Source: a bacterium (lineage in GTDB: Bacteria > CAYTYR01 > UBA6262 > DAOVJB01). From it: a DNA stretch of 64,000 bases. Made by a program: the position numbers and the translations under genes. The notes below the pieces were generated by a model that saw nothing but the letters and a program-made list of their open reading frames with translations, did not search any database and was not told the DNA's origin. The stretch lies in the NCBI GenBank assembly GCA_043821115.1, contig JBDRDD010000032.1, positions 16,836 through 80,835 on the forward strand, read 5' to 3'. Of the stretch, positions 17,793 through 27,027 are shown piece after piece; position 1 is the stretch's first letter, and every line of letters begins with the position of its first letter.

Positions 17793-18367
17793 TCCAAACC
17801 ATAACGGTAGGAATGCTCAGCACCAACTGCTACGTTCTAACCGATGAAGAAGTACAGGAAGGGATCATAATTGATCCTGGGGATGAGGCGTACAAGATCA
17901 TAGATTTCCTCAAGGGAAGCCCCATTAAAATCAAATATATTGTCAATACGCACAATCACAGTGATCATATCGGTGCAAACCAGGCTCTAAAGTCTTTTAC
18001 CGGTGCGCAGGTACTTGCACACGAGAAGGATGCAAGGATGATGGGCATGATGTCTGAGGCCCCTGACAAGGTATTGCATGACCAGGATAAGATAAAATTT
18101 GGGACTCTCGTTCTGACGGTTCTGCATACTCCCGGACATACACCGGGTGGTATCTGCCTTTTAGGGGATAGTTTTCTTTTTAGCGGTGACACCCTGTTCG
18201 CCGGTTCTGTCGGAAGGTGGGACTTGCAGGGCGGTTCGGAGGATATTCTGCGCAAATCCATTGTGGAGAAACTGATGCCGATCAAAGAGGATGTCCATGT
18301 TTATCCCGGACACGGGCCTTCAACAACAATGCTTAAGGAAAAAAGAGACAATCCATATCTAAAATAA
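17789..18367 (+). CDS. MBL-fold metallo-hydrolase (glyoxalase II-like)
   Basis: HxHxDH motif HNHSDHIG, ...HTPGHTPG..., ...GDTLF...; ATGA overlap with recA. Confidence 0.85.
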   Translation: MIQTITVGMLSTNCYVLTDEEVQEGIIIDPGDEAYKIIDFLKGSPIKIKYIVNTHNHSDHIGANQALKSFTGAQVLAHEKDARMMGMMSEAPDKVLHDQDKIKFGTLVLTVLHTPGHTPGGICLLGDSFLFSGDTLFAGSVGRWDLQGGSEDILRKSIVEKLMPIKEDVHVYPGHGPSTTMLKEKRDNPYLK

Positions 18368-18376
18368 GGGAATTTT

Positions 18377-19753
18377 ATGTTCAAGAAGATTCGTCACATT
18401 CATCTTGTCGGCATAGGTGGTACAGGTATGAGCGGGATAGCCGAGGTGCTGATAAATTTGGGTTATAAAGTGAGCGGTTCTGATGTTAAAGAGACTTCCG
18501 TGACGCGCAGGCTCCAGGACATGGGTGGTGTTGTTTACGAGGGGCATGATAATGCAAATATAGCCGGTGCGGATGTTGTCGTTGTCTCCACTGCCATAGA
18601 AGAAGATAACCCGGAAGTAGAAGAGGCCAGGGTAAATACAATACCGGTCATACCGCGGGCTGAAATGCTTGCCGAGCTCATGCGTCTTAAATACAGTGTC
18701 ATCATTACGGGAACGCACGGCAAGACTACCACGACCTCAATGACAGGTCTGCTACTTGCACACAACGGACTCGATCCAACGGTTGTAATAGGAGGCAAAC
18801 TCAAAAATTTCGGAAGTAACGCCAAGCTGGGTAAAGGGGATTTTCTTATTGCTGAGGGTGATGAGAGCGATGGGTCGTTTTTGAAGCTTACCCCGACTAT
18901 AGCCGTTGTAACTAATATTGATTCCGATCACCTAGATCATTACGGGAATATTAATAAAATAAGGAAAGCTTTCCTGGAGTTTGTAAATAAAGTTCCTTTT
19001 TACGGAACCGTTATAGTATGCTCTGATGACGTAGAGACTCGTAAAATTATTCGCAAGATAAAAAGAAAGTATATTACATACGGCATTAAAAAGAAGGCGG
19101 ATATAGTTGCCTGTGATATAGTGACATCATCTTTCGAAACGCAGTTTAATCTCAAATGCAGCGGGAAGAAAATGGGTAGCATTAAATTAAGCGTGCCTGG
19201 TATCCATAATGTGTATAACGCGCTTGCCGCGATTGCTGTAGCTATGGAGCTTGACGTCAGTGTGGATAATATAAGGGAAGGGTTCTCGGACTTTAGTGGT
19301 GTGGAAAGAAGGATAGAAATGAAGGGGGATATAAACGGCGTAATCGTGATTGATGATTATGCGCATCATCCGACAGAGATAAAGGCGACACTTGATGCGC
19401 TTCGGGGAAGCTGTAAAAAGCGTCTTATTGCAGTATTTCAGCCGCACCGTTTCAGCAGGACAAAACTTTTGGCAAAGGACTTCGGGACGGCATTTGATGC
19501 GGCAGACGTTGTGGTGGTTACAGATATATATCCTGCCGGTGAAAAACCCATCCCAGGTGTCAGTGCACAGCTTATAAAAGAGAGTATAGAGGCCCATAAC
19601 CATAAAGAAGTAGAGTTCTTTTCAAGCAGCAATGAAATAGTTGAGTTCATCTCAGGATATACTGAACCTGGAGATGTTGTGTTGACTCTTGGTGCGGGAG
19701 ATGTTTGGAAAATAGGAGAGAGTCTCCTGGAGAACCTGAGGGTAAAAGTCTAA
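18377..19753 (+). CDS. murC: UDP-N-acetylmuramate--L-alanine ligase
   Basis: ...GIGGTGMSGIAEVL... and P-loop GTHGKTTTTSM; Mur ligase length and dcw context. Confidence 0.95.
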   Translation: MFKKIRHIHLVGIGGTGMSGIAEVLINLGYKVSGSDVKETSVTRRLQDMGGVVYEGHDNANIAGADVVVVSTAIEEDNPEVEEARVNTIPVIPRAEMLAELMRLKYSVIITGTHGKTTTTSMTGLLLAHNGLDPTVVIGGKLKNFGSNAKLGKGDFLIAEGDESDGSFLKLTPTIAVVTNIDSDHLDHYGNINKIRKAFLEFVNKVPFYGTVIVCSDDVETRKIIRKIKRKYITYGIKKKADIVACDIVTSSFETQFNLKCSGKKMGSIKLSVPGIHNVYNALAAIAVAMELDVSVDNIREGFSDFSGVERRIEMKGDINGVIVIDDYAHHPTEIKATLDALRGSCKKRLIAVFQPHRFSRTKLLAKDFGTAFDAADVVVVTDIYPAGEKPIPGVSAQLIKESIEAHNHKEVEFFSSSNEIVEFISGYTEPGDVVLTLGAGDVWKIGESLLENLRVKV

Positions 19754-19764
19754 TAGGAGGTCTT

Positions 19765-20685
19765 TTGGTGGGGGTTATGTTAAAAAACACGCTCAATATA
19801 TTTTCTGATATTAAAAAAATGGTACAGAAAACCACAAAGGATGAGCCGCTTAGCAAATACACCTCATTTTGTATAGGGGGAGCGGCGGATGTGTTCGTGG
19901 AAGTAACAACAATTGAGGAACTTCGAAGCATACTTAAGTATGCTGATTCCAGGAATATTTCCATACTGGCTCTTGGAAGAGGAACAAACATTCTCGTCAG
20001 CGACAAGGGTTTCAGGGGGATAGTTCTACAGCTGGGGGAGGCTTTCAGGGGGGTTGATTTCAAGAAAGACTGTGCTGAGGCAGGCTCAGCAGCTGAGCTG
20101 CCTGTTCTGGCCAGCAAATCTTTTGCGCGCGGATTGAGCGGCCTGGAATTTGCGGTAGGCATTCCCGGTTCCGTTGGTGGCGCTGTTGCCTCAAATGCGG
20201 GGGCATACGGAAAATCCATGAAGGATGTAGTGAGTGAGCTAAGTATAGTAGACTTGCAGGGCAAGCTTCACAGGGTACTAAAAAGTGATATAATGTTCTC
20301 TTACAGGAAAGCAGTATTCCCTTTTGATGGTATAATCACGAAAGTAAAAGTGAAATTAATCCCTCGAGATAAAAATGATATAATCGGAGACGTTCAGCTT
20401 TGCATAGAAAAAAGGAAAAGAACCCAGGGGGTTAGTTTTCCAAATGCCGGGTGTGTTTTTAAGAATACAGATTCCTGCAATTCCGGGAAACTGATAGAGG
20501 ATGCCGGGCTCAAGGGATTGCGTGTTGGGGGAGCCCAGGTTTCTGTAAAACATGCAAATTACATTGTTAATATCGGCGGTGCAACGGCGGAGGATGTTCT
20601 CTGTCTGATAGAGCAGGTGCGAACAAAAGTGATGGAAACCTCGGGCGTTAAGCTTGAGCTGGAGATAAAATTGGTGGGAGAATAA
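19765..20685 (+). CDS. murB: UDP-N-acetylenolpyruvoylglucosamine reductase
   Basis: FAD-binding ...TSFCIGGAADVF..., ...GRGTNILVSD..., ...AGCVFKN.... Start is TTG 19765, GTG 19768 or ATG 19777, after AGGAGG (19755-19760). The track start 19705 lies inside murC. Confidence 0.9.
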   Translation: MVGVMLKNTLNIFSDIKKMVQKTTKDEPLSKYTSFCIGGAADVFVEVTTIEELRSILKYADSRNISILALGRGTNILVSDKGFRGIVLQLGEAFRGVDFKKDCAEAGSAAELPVLASKSFARGLSGLEFAVGIPGSVGGAVASNAGAYGKSMKDVVSELSIVDLQGKLHRVLKSDIMFSYRKAVFPFDGIITKVKVKLIPRDKNDIIGDVQLCIEKRKRTQGVSFPNAGCVFKNTDSCNSGKLIEDAGLKGLRVGGAQVSVKHANYIVNIGGATAEDVLCLIEQVRTKVMETSGVKLELEIKLVGE

Positions 20686-20691
20686 GAGGGT

Positions 20692-21642
20692 ATGTCAAAG
20701 CCCGCAAGTAAGAAAAAAGTCATAGGCGTTTTAATGGGGGGATTCTCAAGTGAGCGTAAGATCTCCCTTCAAACCGGAAAGGCAGTTGCACAGGCCTTAC
20801 GGGAGGAAGGATTCAGGGTAAAAGAGATAGACCTGAGAAGGAAAAACATCTCTGATATCCTGACCGGAAAGAATATATACATAGCTTTTATCGCCCTTCA
20901 TGGTGAATATGGCGAGGATGGCACCATTCAGGGATTGTTGGAGATGGCTGGGATACCCTATACCGGCTCAGGTGTGCTTGCAAGCGCACTGGCCATGGAC
21001 AAGGTGAAAGCAAAAGAGATGTTTTCTTTTCACTCTGTTGCGACTCCTGACTGGGTGGTGTTGCACAGGGGTGAAGAGGGCAACAGGGTCAGGGCTGATA
21101 AAGCCATTAAGAAACTCGGGTTTCCTCTTGTGGTCAAGCCTTCACAGCAGGGTTCTACTGTGGGAATAACCATCCTGCGCAGCAGATCCGGCATGTCAAA
21201 AGCACTCAGCGGAGCTTTTAAGTACTCCAAAGATGTGATACTCGAAAAATATATAAGTGGCATGGAAATCACCGTGGGTATATTAGACAATACTCCGCTT
21301 CCGGTCATGGAGATTGTTCCCATGAATTCATTTTACGATTTTTCGGCAAAGTATAAAAAAGGTATATCCGAGCATGTAATTCCTGCGCGTTTACCCGACT
21401 CTCTAAGATTAAATGCACAGAAGACAGCGCTTAAAGCGCACCAGGTGCTAGGGTGCTCCGGTGCAACCAGGGTTGATCTGCGCGTTGAGAAGAAAGGAAC
21501 CCGGTACACGGGATTGTATGTTCTTGAGGTAAACACTATCCCGGGGATGACCAGAATAAGCCTCCTTCCGGAGGCGGCTCTCTCCGTGGGCATGTCTTTT
21601 AATCAGCTGGTTATGGAAATACTCAGGTTAGGGTCGAAATGA
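20692..21642 (+). CDS. ddl: D-alanine--D-alanine ligase
   Basis: ...ALHGEYGEDGTIQGLLE...; ATP-grasp ...LEVNTIPGMT... Confidence 0.95.
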   Translation: MSKPASKKKVIGVLMGGFSSERKISLQTGKAVAQALREEGFRVKEIDLRRKNISDILTGKNIYIAFIALHGEYGEDGTIQGLLEMAGIPYTGSGVLASALAMDKVKAKEMFSFHSVATPDWVVLHRGEEGNRVRADKAIKKLGFPLVVKPSQQGSTVGITILRSRSGMSKALSGAFKYSKDVILEKYISGMEITVGILDNTPLPVMEIVPMNSFYDFSAKYKKGISEHVIPARLPDSLRLNAQKTALKAHQVLGCSGATRVDLRVEKKGTRYTGLYVLEVNTIPGMTRISLLPEAALSVGMSFNQLVMEILRLGSK

Positions 21643-22460
21643 AATATCTTGTTAAAAGAAAAAGTTGGAATAAAAAAGTTAAACGCAGGTTAAAATATAA
21701 GCAGCAAAGGAGAAAGAAAATCGGAATGTACCTGCTAAAGGGTATAGGGTTTGCATTAATTACGGCTGTTCTTTCTTTTGGCGGGACAAAACTCTATAAT
21801 TTCGTGTTTTATTCAGAGCACTTCAAAATAAAGAGTGTCACTGTTATGGGAAATCATTCCCTTGAAGAAAGCAATGTATTGAAACTCTCCGGGCTCAGCG
21901 GAGGGGAAAATATATTCGGGGTGAACAATTCTGCCATAGAATCTTTAATGGAACTTCATCCCTCAATAAAAAAAGTGGATGTAAAAAGAAAGTTTCCTGA
22001 CAGGCTGCTTGTAAGTATTAAAGAGAGGATGCCTCTGGCAGTTCTTAAAAAAAATGATATCTGGTACGGCATGGATGAAGATGCTGTTATATTTAAGTTC
22101 CCAGTTGGTTACAAAACACTACGCCTTCCGGTAATTAAAGGGTTTGAAGAAATCGGTGAAAGTGAACCAGTCAAGCGCAATTCCAGAAAGAGAATAGTGA
22201 TAAAACTCATTAATGAGTTTTTGTCTGCGGGTTTACCAATTGCGGACGAAATCATGAATATCGATGTCTCAGATACTGAGGATGTAACCATTGATACAAA
22301 ATATTACGGGCGGATACGTTTCGGCGATATCAGTACCGGCATGATTAGGGGAAAATTAACTCAAATGGCCTCTATATTTGAGGATATAAAAAGAAGGAAA
22401 ACCAAAGTTGAGTATGTGGATATGCGTTTTAGTAACGCTGTCATAAAGCCTGCTTATTGA
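21639..22460 (+). CDS. ftsQ: Cell division protein FtsQ/DivIB
   Basis: Basic N-terminus, single TM, POTRA-like ...FKIKSVTVMGNHSL...; position between ddl and ftsA. Confidence 0.8.
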   Translation: MKYLVKRKSWNKKVKRRLKYKQQRRKKIGMYLLKGIGFALITAVLSFGGTKLYNFVFYSEHFKIKSVTVMGNHSLEESNVLKLSGLSGGENIFGVNNSAIESLMELHPSIKKVDVKRKFPDRLLVSIKERMPLAVLKKNDIWYGMDEDAVIFKFPVGYKTLRLPVIKGFEEIGESEPVKRNSRKRIVIKLINEFLSAGLPIADEIMNIDVSDTEDVTIDTKYYGRIRFGDISTGMIRGKLTQMASIFEDIKRRKTKVEYVDMRFSNAVIKPAY

Positions 22461-22487
22461 GCACTCTGTATGTGATATGAAAAGGAG

Positions 22488-23735
22488 ATGATAAAAGTGG
22501 GAAGGAATAAATTTATTGCAGGACTTGATATCGGTACAAGCAAGATAGCCGCTATTATCGGAGGGGTGAATGAAAATCTAAGGGTGGAGATAATAGGCTT
22601 TGCTACGGTACCTTCTGAGGGAATAAGAGAAGGCGTAGTGGTCAATCTTGACAGAACGGTCAAATCAATAGAAAAAGCCGTGGAGGAAGCGGAAAAACAG
22701 GCAAACGTCAACGTGGAATCACTTTGTGTTGGCATCGGAGGGGGTTGCATAAGGAGCCAGCCTTCCAAGGGTGTTATTGCTATTTCACGTAGTGACACTG
22801 AGATAACTTCGCGTGATGTCAACCGTGTGATAGAGCAGGCACGTGCTATTCCTCTTCCGCTTGAGCAGGAAGTAATACATGTTTTGCCCCAAAAATTCAT
22901 AATAGATGATCAACATGGTATACTGGACCCACTGGGTATGAACGGCGTCAGGCTGGAGACGGAAGTTTTTATCGTAAGCGGGACAAGTACGTTTTTGCAG
23001 AATATGATAAGATGCGTGAACAAGGCGGGATTCAAGATAGAAAGTCTGGTTTTCGGACCTCTGGCCTCAAGTGAAGCAGTTCTTTTGCCGGATGAAAAGA
23101 GCCTGGGTGTGGTACTTGTTGATATAGGGGCCGGGAAAAGTGATATAACAATTTTTATCGAAAACGGTCTTTCTTATACATCGAGTATCCCTTATGGAGG
23201 CGATTCTATCACAAGGGATATAGCTTACGGGCTCAAGACATCCATTCCTGAAGCGGAAGAGTTAAAGAAAAAAAGCGGTTGTGCATTCGTTGACATGGTG
23301 AAGGAAAAGGAGACCATAGTGGTTTCAAGCGTGAGCAGAAGAAACAGCCGCAAGGTTACACGTCGCTCTCTAAATGAAATCATAGAGCCTAGGATAGAGG
23401 AAATACTGGGGCTCGTCGGTACGGAAATACAGAAAAGCGGCTACGCTGAACTTTTGCCCGCGGGTGTGGTTATGACCGGCGGTACATCCATGATGAATGG
23501 GCTGGAGGATTTAGCGAAAGAAATACTCGGACTTGATGTCAGGGTAGGATTGCCTTGTAACGTAGAAAATCTAAGCGACGAACTAATGGACCCTTCTTAT
23601 GCCCTAGCTATAGGACTTATTCAGAAAGGTTTTAACGATGAGTCTGTCCCATATAAAATTATAAGTCGCAAGTCTCCGGCATGGTTTAAGAGGGTAATGG
23701 GCCCGGTGAGTAAACTTTTTGAAGAGGTTTTTTAA
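22488..23735 (+). CDS. ftsA: Cell division protein FtsA
   Basis: Actin fold ...AGLDIGTSKIAA..., ...VLVDIGAGKSDITIF..., ...GVVMTGGTSMMNGL... Confidence 0.93.
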   Translation: MIKVGRNKFIAGLDIGTSKIAAIIGGVNENLRVEIIGFATVPSEGIREGVVVNLDRTVKSIEKAVEEAEKQANVNVESLCVGIGGGCIRSQPSKGVIAISRSDTEITSRDVNRVIEQARAIPLPLEQEVIHVLPQKFIIDDQHGILDPLGMNGVRLETEVFIVSGTSTFLQNMIRCVNKAGFKIESLVFGPLASSEAVLLPDEKSLGVVLVDIGAGKSDITIFIENGLSYTSSIPYGGDSITRDIAYGLKTSIPEAEELKKKSGCAFVDMVKEKETIVVSSVSRRNSRKVTRRSLNEIIEPRIEEILGLVGTEIQKSGYAELLPAGVVMTGGTSMMNGLEDLAKEILGLDVRVGLPCNVENLSDELMDPSYALAIGLIQKGFNDESVPYKIISRKSPAWFKRVMGPVSKLFEEVF

Positions 23736-23765
23736 TTGGTGATTTTTTTTATACGGAAGGGATAA

Positions 23766-24893
23766 ATGAAACTCAAGATTAACGAGGATTTTAATCAATC
23801 TGCGAATATAAAGGTGATAGGTCTCGGTGGTGGCGGGGGTAACGCCGTCAACAGGATGGTTCTTTCCGGCATTAAAGGTGTTGAGTTTATTGCCATCAAC
23901 ACGGATGTTCAGGCTTTGAAGGCTTCCATTGCCTCTGACAGACTTCAAATAGGGGAAACGCTTACAAGGGGTCTCGGTGTAGGCGGGGATCCTGATGTGG
24001 GAAGACAGGCGGCCGAGGAATCACGTCAGGAAATAAAAGATGCGCTAAAAGGCACGGACATGCTTTTTATAACTGCGGGTCTCGGTGGTGGCACAGGTAC
24101 GGGGGGCTCTTCCGTTATAGCCGAGATATCACAGTCTATGGGTATACTTACCGTGGCTGTTGTAACAAAACCTTTCGTGTTTGAAGGCAAGATTAGGGCA
24201 AGGCAGGCGGAGGAAGGGTTAAAACGACTCAACGGCAAGGTTGATACTCTTATAGCTATCCCGAACCAGAGGTTGTTTTCAGTAATTGACAAGAATACCT
24301 CGATGCTTGATTCTTTTAAGGTCGCAGATGATATACTGCGTCAGGGAGTACAGAGTATAGCGGATATCATAACCCAGCACGGTATAGTGAACGTTGATTT
24401 TGCAGATGTAAAAACTATTATAAAAAGTGCCGGTAATGCTTTTATGGGTGTGGGATTCGCTTCGGGTTCGGATAAGGCCAAGATAGCTGCGCATAAAGCG
24501 GTGAGTTCTCCCCTTCTTGAGGATGCCACCATAGAAGGCGCCACAAGGGTGCTTGTCAATATAACCAGTAAGTCAGATATTAAAATGTATGAGACCGAGC
24601 AGATAATGAAGATCATAACGCATTCGATTTCCCATGAAGCAAACGTGATATTCGGTGCGGTCTTCAATGAAAATATGGAAGAAGATGGGATTAAGGTAAC
24701 AGTTATTACCGCGGGTTTTACTCGTGCTAATGAGCGCAGGAAGAGCGATTTATTACCGCGCAGGCAGGTGGACATGGATTCGGAAAAAGCTTTCACGACA
24801 ACAGTGAGAAGTTCAGGTGATCCCAGGAATAATCTCAGCATACCTGCATATTTGAGAAGGAAAAGGGGGTTGGAAGAAGGCGATGGAACTTAA
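23766..24893 (+). CDS. ftsZ: Cell division protein FtsZ
   Basis: GLGGGGGNAVNRM and tubulin signature GLGGGTGTGGSSVIA. Confidence 0.98.
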   Translation: MKLKINEDFNQSANIKVIGLGGGGGNAVNRMVLSGIKGVEFIAINTDVQALKASIASDRLQIGETLTRGLGVGGDPDVGRQAAEESRQEIKDALKGTDMLFITAGLGGGTGTGGSSVIAEISQSMGILTVAVVTKPFVFEGKIRARQAEEGLKRLNGKVDTLIAIPNQRLFSVIDKNTSMLDSFKVADDILRQGVQSIADIITQHGIVNVDFADVKTIIKSAGNAFMGVGFASGSDKAKIAAHKAVSSPLLEDATIEGATRVLVNITSKSDIKMYETEQIMKIITHSISHEANVIFGAVFNENMEEDGIKVTVITAGFTRANERRKSDLLPRRQVDMDSEKAFTTTVRSSGDPRNNLSIPAYLRRKRGLEEGDGT

Positions 24894-25989
24894 TGAACTA
24901 CTCCGTGATATGGTAAAGAGGAAAGCTTCTGATTTACACCTGAGGGCAGGCAGTCGGCCGACTGTTCGCATAAACGATGAACTCCTTCCTTTGGAAGATT
25001 ATGAGAAACTTACTCCAGATGATGTAAAGACGATAGCTTCGAAGGTTATGACCGAAGAACAAAAAAATATATACGAAAAGGAACATGAGCTTGACATAGG
25101 ACACAGCGTTAGTGATGTCGGGCGTTTCCGTCTTAATATTTTCCAGCAGCGCGGGACGGTTGATATAGTTCTTCGCATGATACCTTTCTCGGTTCCCAAG
25201 TTCGGGGAACTAAACCTGCCGGATGTTCTCTCAAAGATAGCCGAACAGCCCCGAGGCCTGGTCCTTGTTACAGGTACAACGGGGAGCGGCAAGAGCACAA
25301 CACTTGCGGCTATGCTAGATTATATCAATTCCAACCAGAAGAAGCATATTATAACGGTGGAAGATCCGATAGAATTTCTGCACAAAGATAAGATGAGTAT
25401 TATAAGCCAGCGTGAGCTTGGCACGGACACCAAGTCGTTTCCTACAGCGCTTAGATACATCATGAGGCAGGATCCGGATGTCATACTAATAGGTGAGATG
25501 AGGGACCTTGAGACAATGTCAACAGCCCTGACAGCCGCGCAGTTGGGGCATTTGGTTCTGAGCACGCTCCACACTATAGACGCTGTTTCAACGGTTACAA
25601 GGATCATAGATTTATTTCCCCCACATCAGCAGAATCAGATAAGATTGCAGTTGTCCGATACACTAAAAGCCGTTATATCCCAGAGACTGCTGCCGCTTGC
25701 AAATGAAGAGGGATTAATTCCAGCGGTGGAAGTTATGATGGTCACGCCGTATATACGCAAATTAATAGAGGAAAACAAACTCTCGGAAATAAGCAAAGCA
25801 GTCCAGCAAGGGGATTATTACGGTATGCAGAGTTTCAACAAATCCCTGGTGGATCTGTATCAATCGGGTAAGGTCACTATTGATGATGCTAGGGAGAATG
25901 CCACAAGTCCCGAGGAATTCATGCTCAATGTCAAGGGAATATATGCCGGGGATAATACCTCTATGAATTTTGATGAAAACGGAAAATAA
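24883..25989 (+). CDS. pilT: Type IV pilus retraction ATPase PilT
   Basis: Walker A GTTGSGKSTTLA, ...ITVEDPIEF..., ...DVILIGEMRD..., ...GHLVLSTLHT...; 11-nt overlap with ftsZ. Confidence 0.92.
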   Translation: MELNELLRDMVKRKASDLHLRAGSRPTVRINDELLPLEDYEKLTPDDVKTIASKVMTEEQKNIYEKEHELDIGHSVSDVGRFRLNIFQQRGTVDIVLRMIPFSVPKFGELNLPDVLSKIAEQPRGLVLVTGTTGSGKSTTLAAMLDYINSNQKKHIITVEDPIEFLHKDKMSIISQRELGTDTKSFPTALRYIMRQDPDVILIGEMRDLETMSTALTAAQLGHLVLSTLHTIDAVSTVTRIIDLFPPHQQNQIRLQLSDTLKAVISQRLLPLANEEGLIPAVEVMMVTPYIRKLIEENKLSEISKAVQQGDYYGMQSFNKSLVDLYQSGKVTIDDARENATSPEEFMLNVKGIYAGDNTSMNFDENGK

Positions 25990-25990
25990 T

Positions 25991-26983
25991 ATGAAGGTAT
26001 TGATCACCGGAGCTAACGGATTTATAGGAAGTCACCTAACGGAAGCCCTTCTGGATAAGGGATATAGTGTCAGGTGTCTTCTCAGAAAAACAAGTGATCT
26101 TTCTTGGCTGGCGCCCCTTGAGGAAAAATCATCAGGGCGTCTTGAATTTGTTTATGGGGATATTTGTGACAAAGAATCTCTTAGGGCAGTCGTGGGGGAT
26201 GTTGATTACGTATATCATGTGGCTGGGCTTGTCAAGGCACACCGGCCGCAGCGCTATTACGAGGTGAATGTCGAAGGGACAAGGAACCTTGCCGAGGTTA
26301 CAAGAGATATTTCCCCCAACATTAAGAAATTCGTTTTCTTCAGTAGCCTTGCTGCAAGCGGTCCAAGCGATGACGGGCATCTCTTAAAGGAGCTTGAGAC
26401 CTCTCATCCCGTGACAGACTATGGCAAAAGCAAACGTGATGCAGAAGACTTGCTGAAGAATGATTTCTCGTCTAAATTACCGGTGGTTGTAATACGGCCT
26501 CCTATAATTTACGGCCCAAGGGACAGGGGGTTCTATTTTTATTTCAAAATCGTGAAAAAAGGAATAATTCCCGTCACGGGAAAGAAGATAAGCGCCTGTT
26601 TCGTGAGTGACCTTGTGAAGGGAGCTATACTGGCAGCAGAGAGTAAAGCTTCAGACTCTCAGGTGTATTTTATATCCGATCCGGTTCCTTTTTCTCCGGA
26701 AAGCATAGGCAGAACTATAGCTAAGTTTCTCCAGGTTGATGCTAAAAAAATAAAAGTCCCGGCTTTCATTGTCATGGCAGCCGGTTTTTTAAGCCAGTTC
26801 ATAAGTGATTTAAGCGGCAAGATTACAATATTCAATATTCAAAAGGCCAGGGAGATGGTACAGCCATACTGGGTATGCGATGTCTCCAAGGCGCGGGCCG
26901 AACTGGGTTTTAAGGCATCCATTGATATAGAAGAGGGTATTAGAATAACAGTTGACTGGTACAAGAAGCGCGGATGGCTGTAA
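25991..26983 (+). CDS. Extended SDR (NAD-dependent epimerase/dehydratase family); candidate CerR-like ketoreductase
   Basis: Rossmann GANGFIGSHL at the N-terminus when started at ATG 25991 (2 nt after the pilT stop); catalytic YGKSK. The functional assignment is inference from neighbours. Confidence 0.8.
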   Translation: MKVLITGANGFIGSHLTEALLDKGYSVRCLLRKTSDLSWLAPLEEKSSGRLEFVYGDICDKESLRAVVGDVDYVYHVAGLVKAHRPQRYYEVNVEGTRNLAEVTRDISPNIKKFVFFSSLAASGPSDDGHLLKELETSHPVTDYGKSKRDAEDLLKNDFSSKLPVVVIRPPIIYGPRDRGFYFYFKIVKKGIIPVTGKKISACFVSDLVKGAILAAESKASDSQVYFISDPVPFSPESIGRTIAKFLQVDAKKIKVPAFIVMAAGFLSQFISDLSGKITIFNIQKAREMVQPYWVCDVSKARAELGFKASIDIEEGIRITVDWYKKRGWL

Positions 26984-27002
26984 GAGGTTTAGATTAAAAA
27001 AT

Positions 27003-27016
27003 CATAGTATACTATG
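27003..27016. repeat. Perfect 14-bp palindrome CATAGTATACTATG directly upstream of the Spt-like gene
   Basis: Read directly; self-complementary. It contains a TATACT -10-like hexamer and lies 12 nt before the GTG at 27028. Confidence 0.9.
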
Positions 27017-27027
27017 AACAGGGGGTT

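Noticed and set aside
19705-19764. N-terminal extension of the murB ORF in the track
   Set aside because: It overlaps the murC 3' end. AGGAGG at 19755-19760 points to a start at 19765-19777.
19647-20264. 205-aa minus-strand ORF
   Set aside because: It lies entirely antisense to the well-supported murC 3' end and murB. The product is low-complexity S/P/A-rich with no motif, so it is a typical shadow ORF of a GC-richer gene.
22454-22900. 148-aa minus-strand ORF
   Set aside because: Antisense to ftsA (actin-fold motifs on the + strand); no SD or recognisable domain.
24341-24841. 166-aa minus-strand ORF
   Set aside because: Antisense to ftsZ; shadow ORF.
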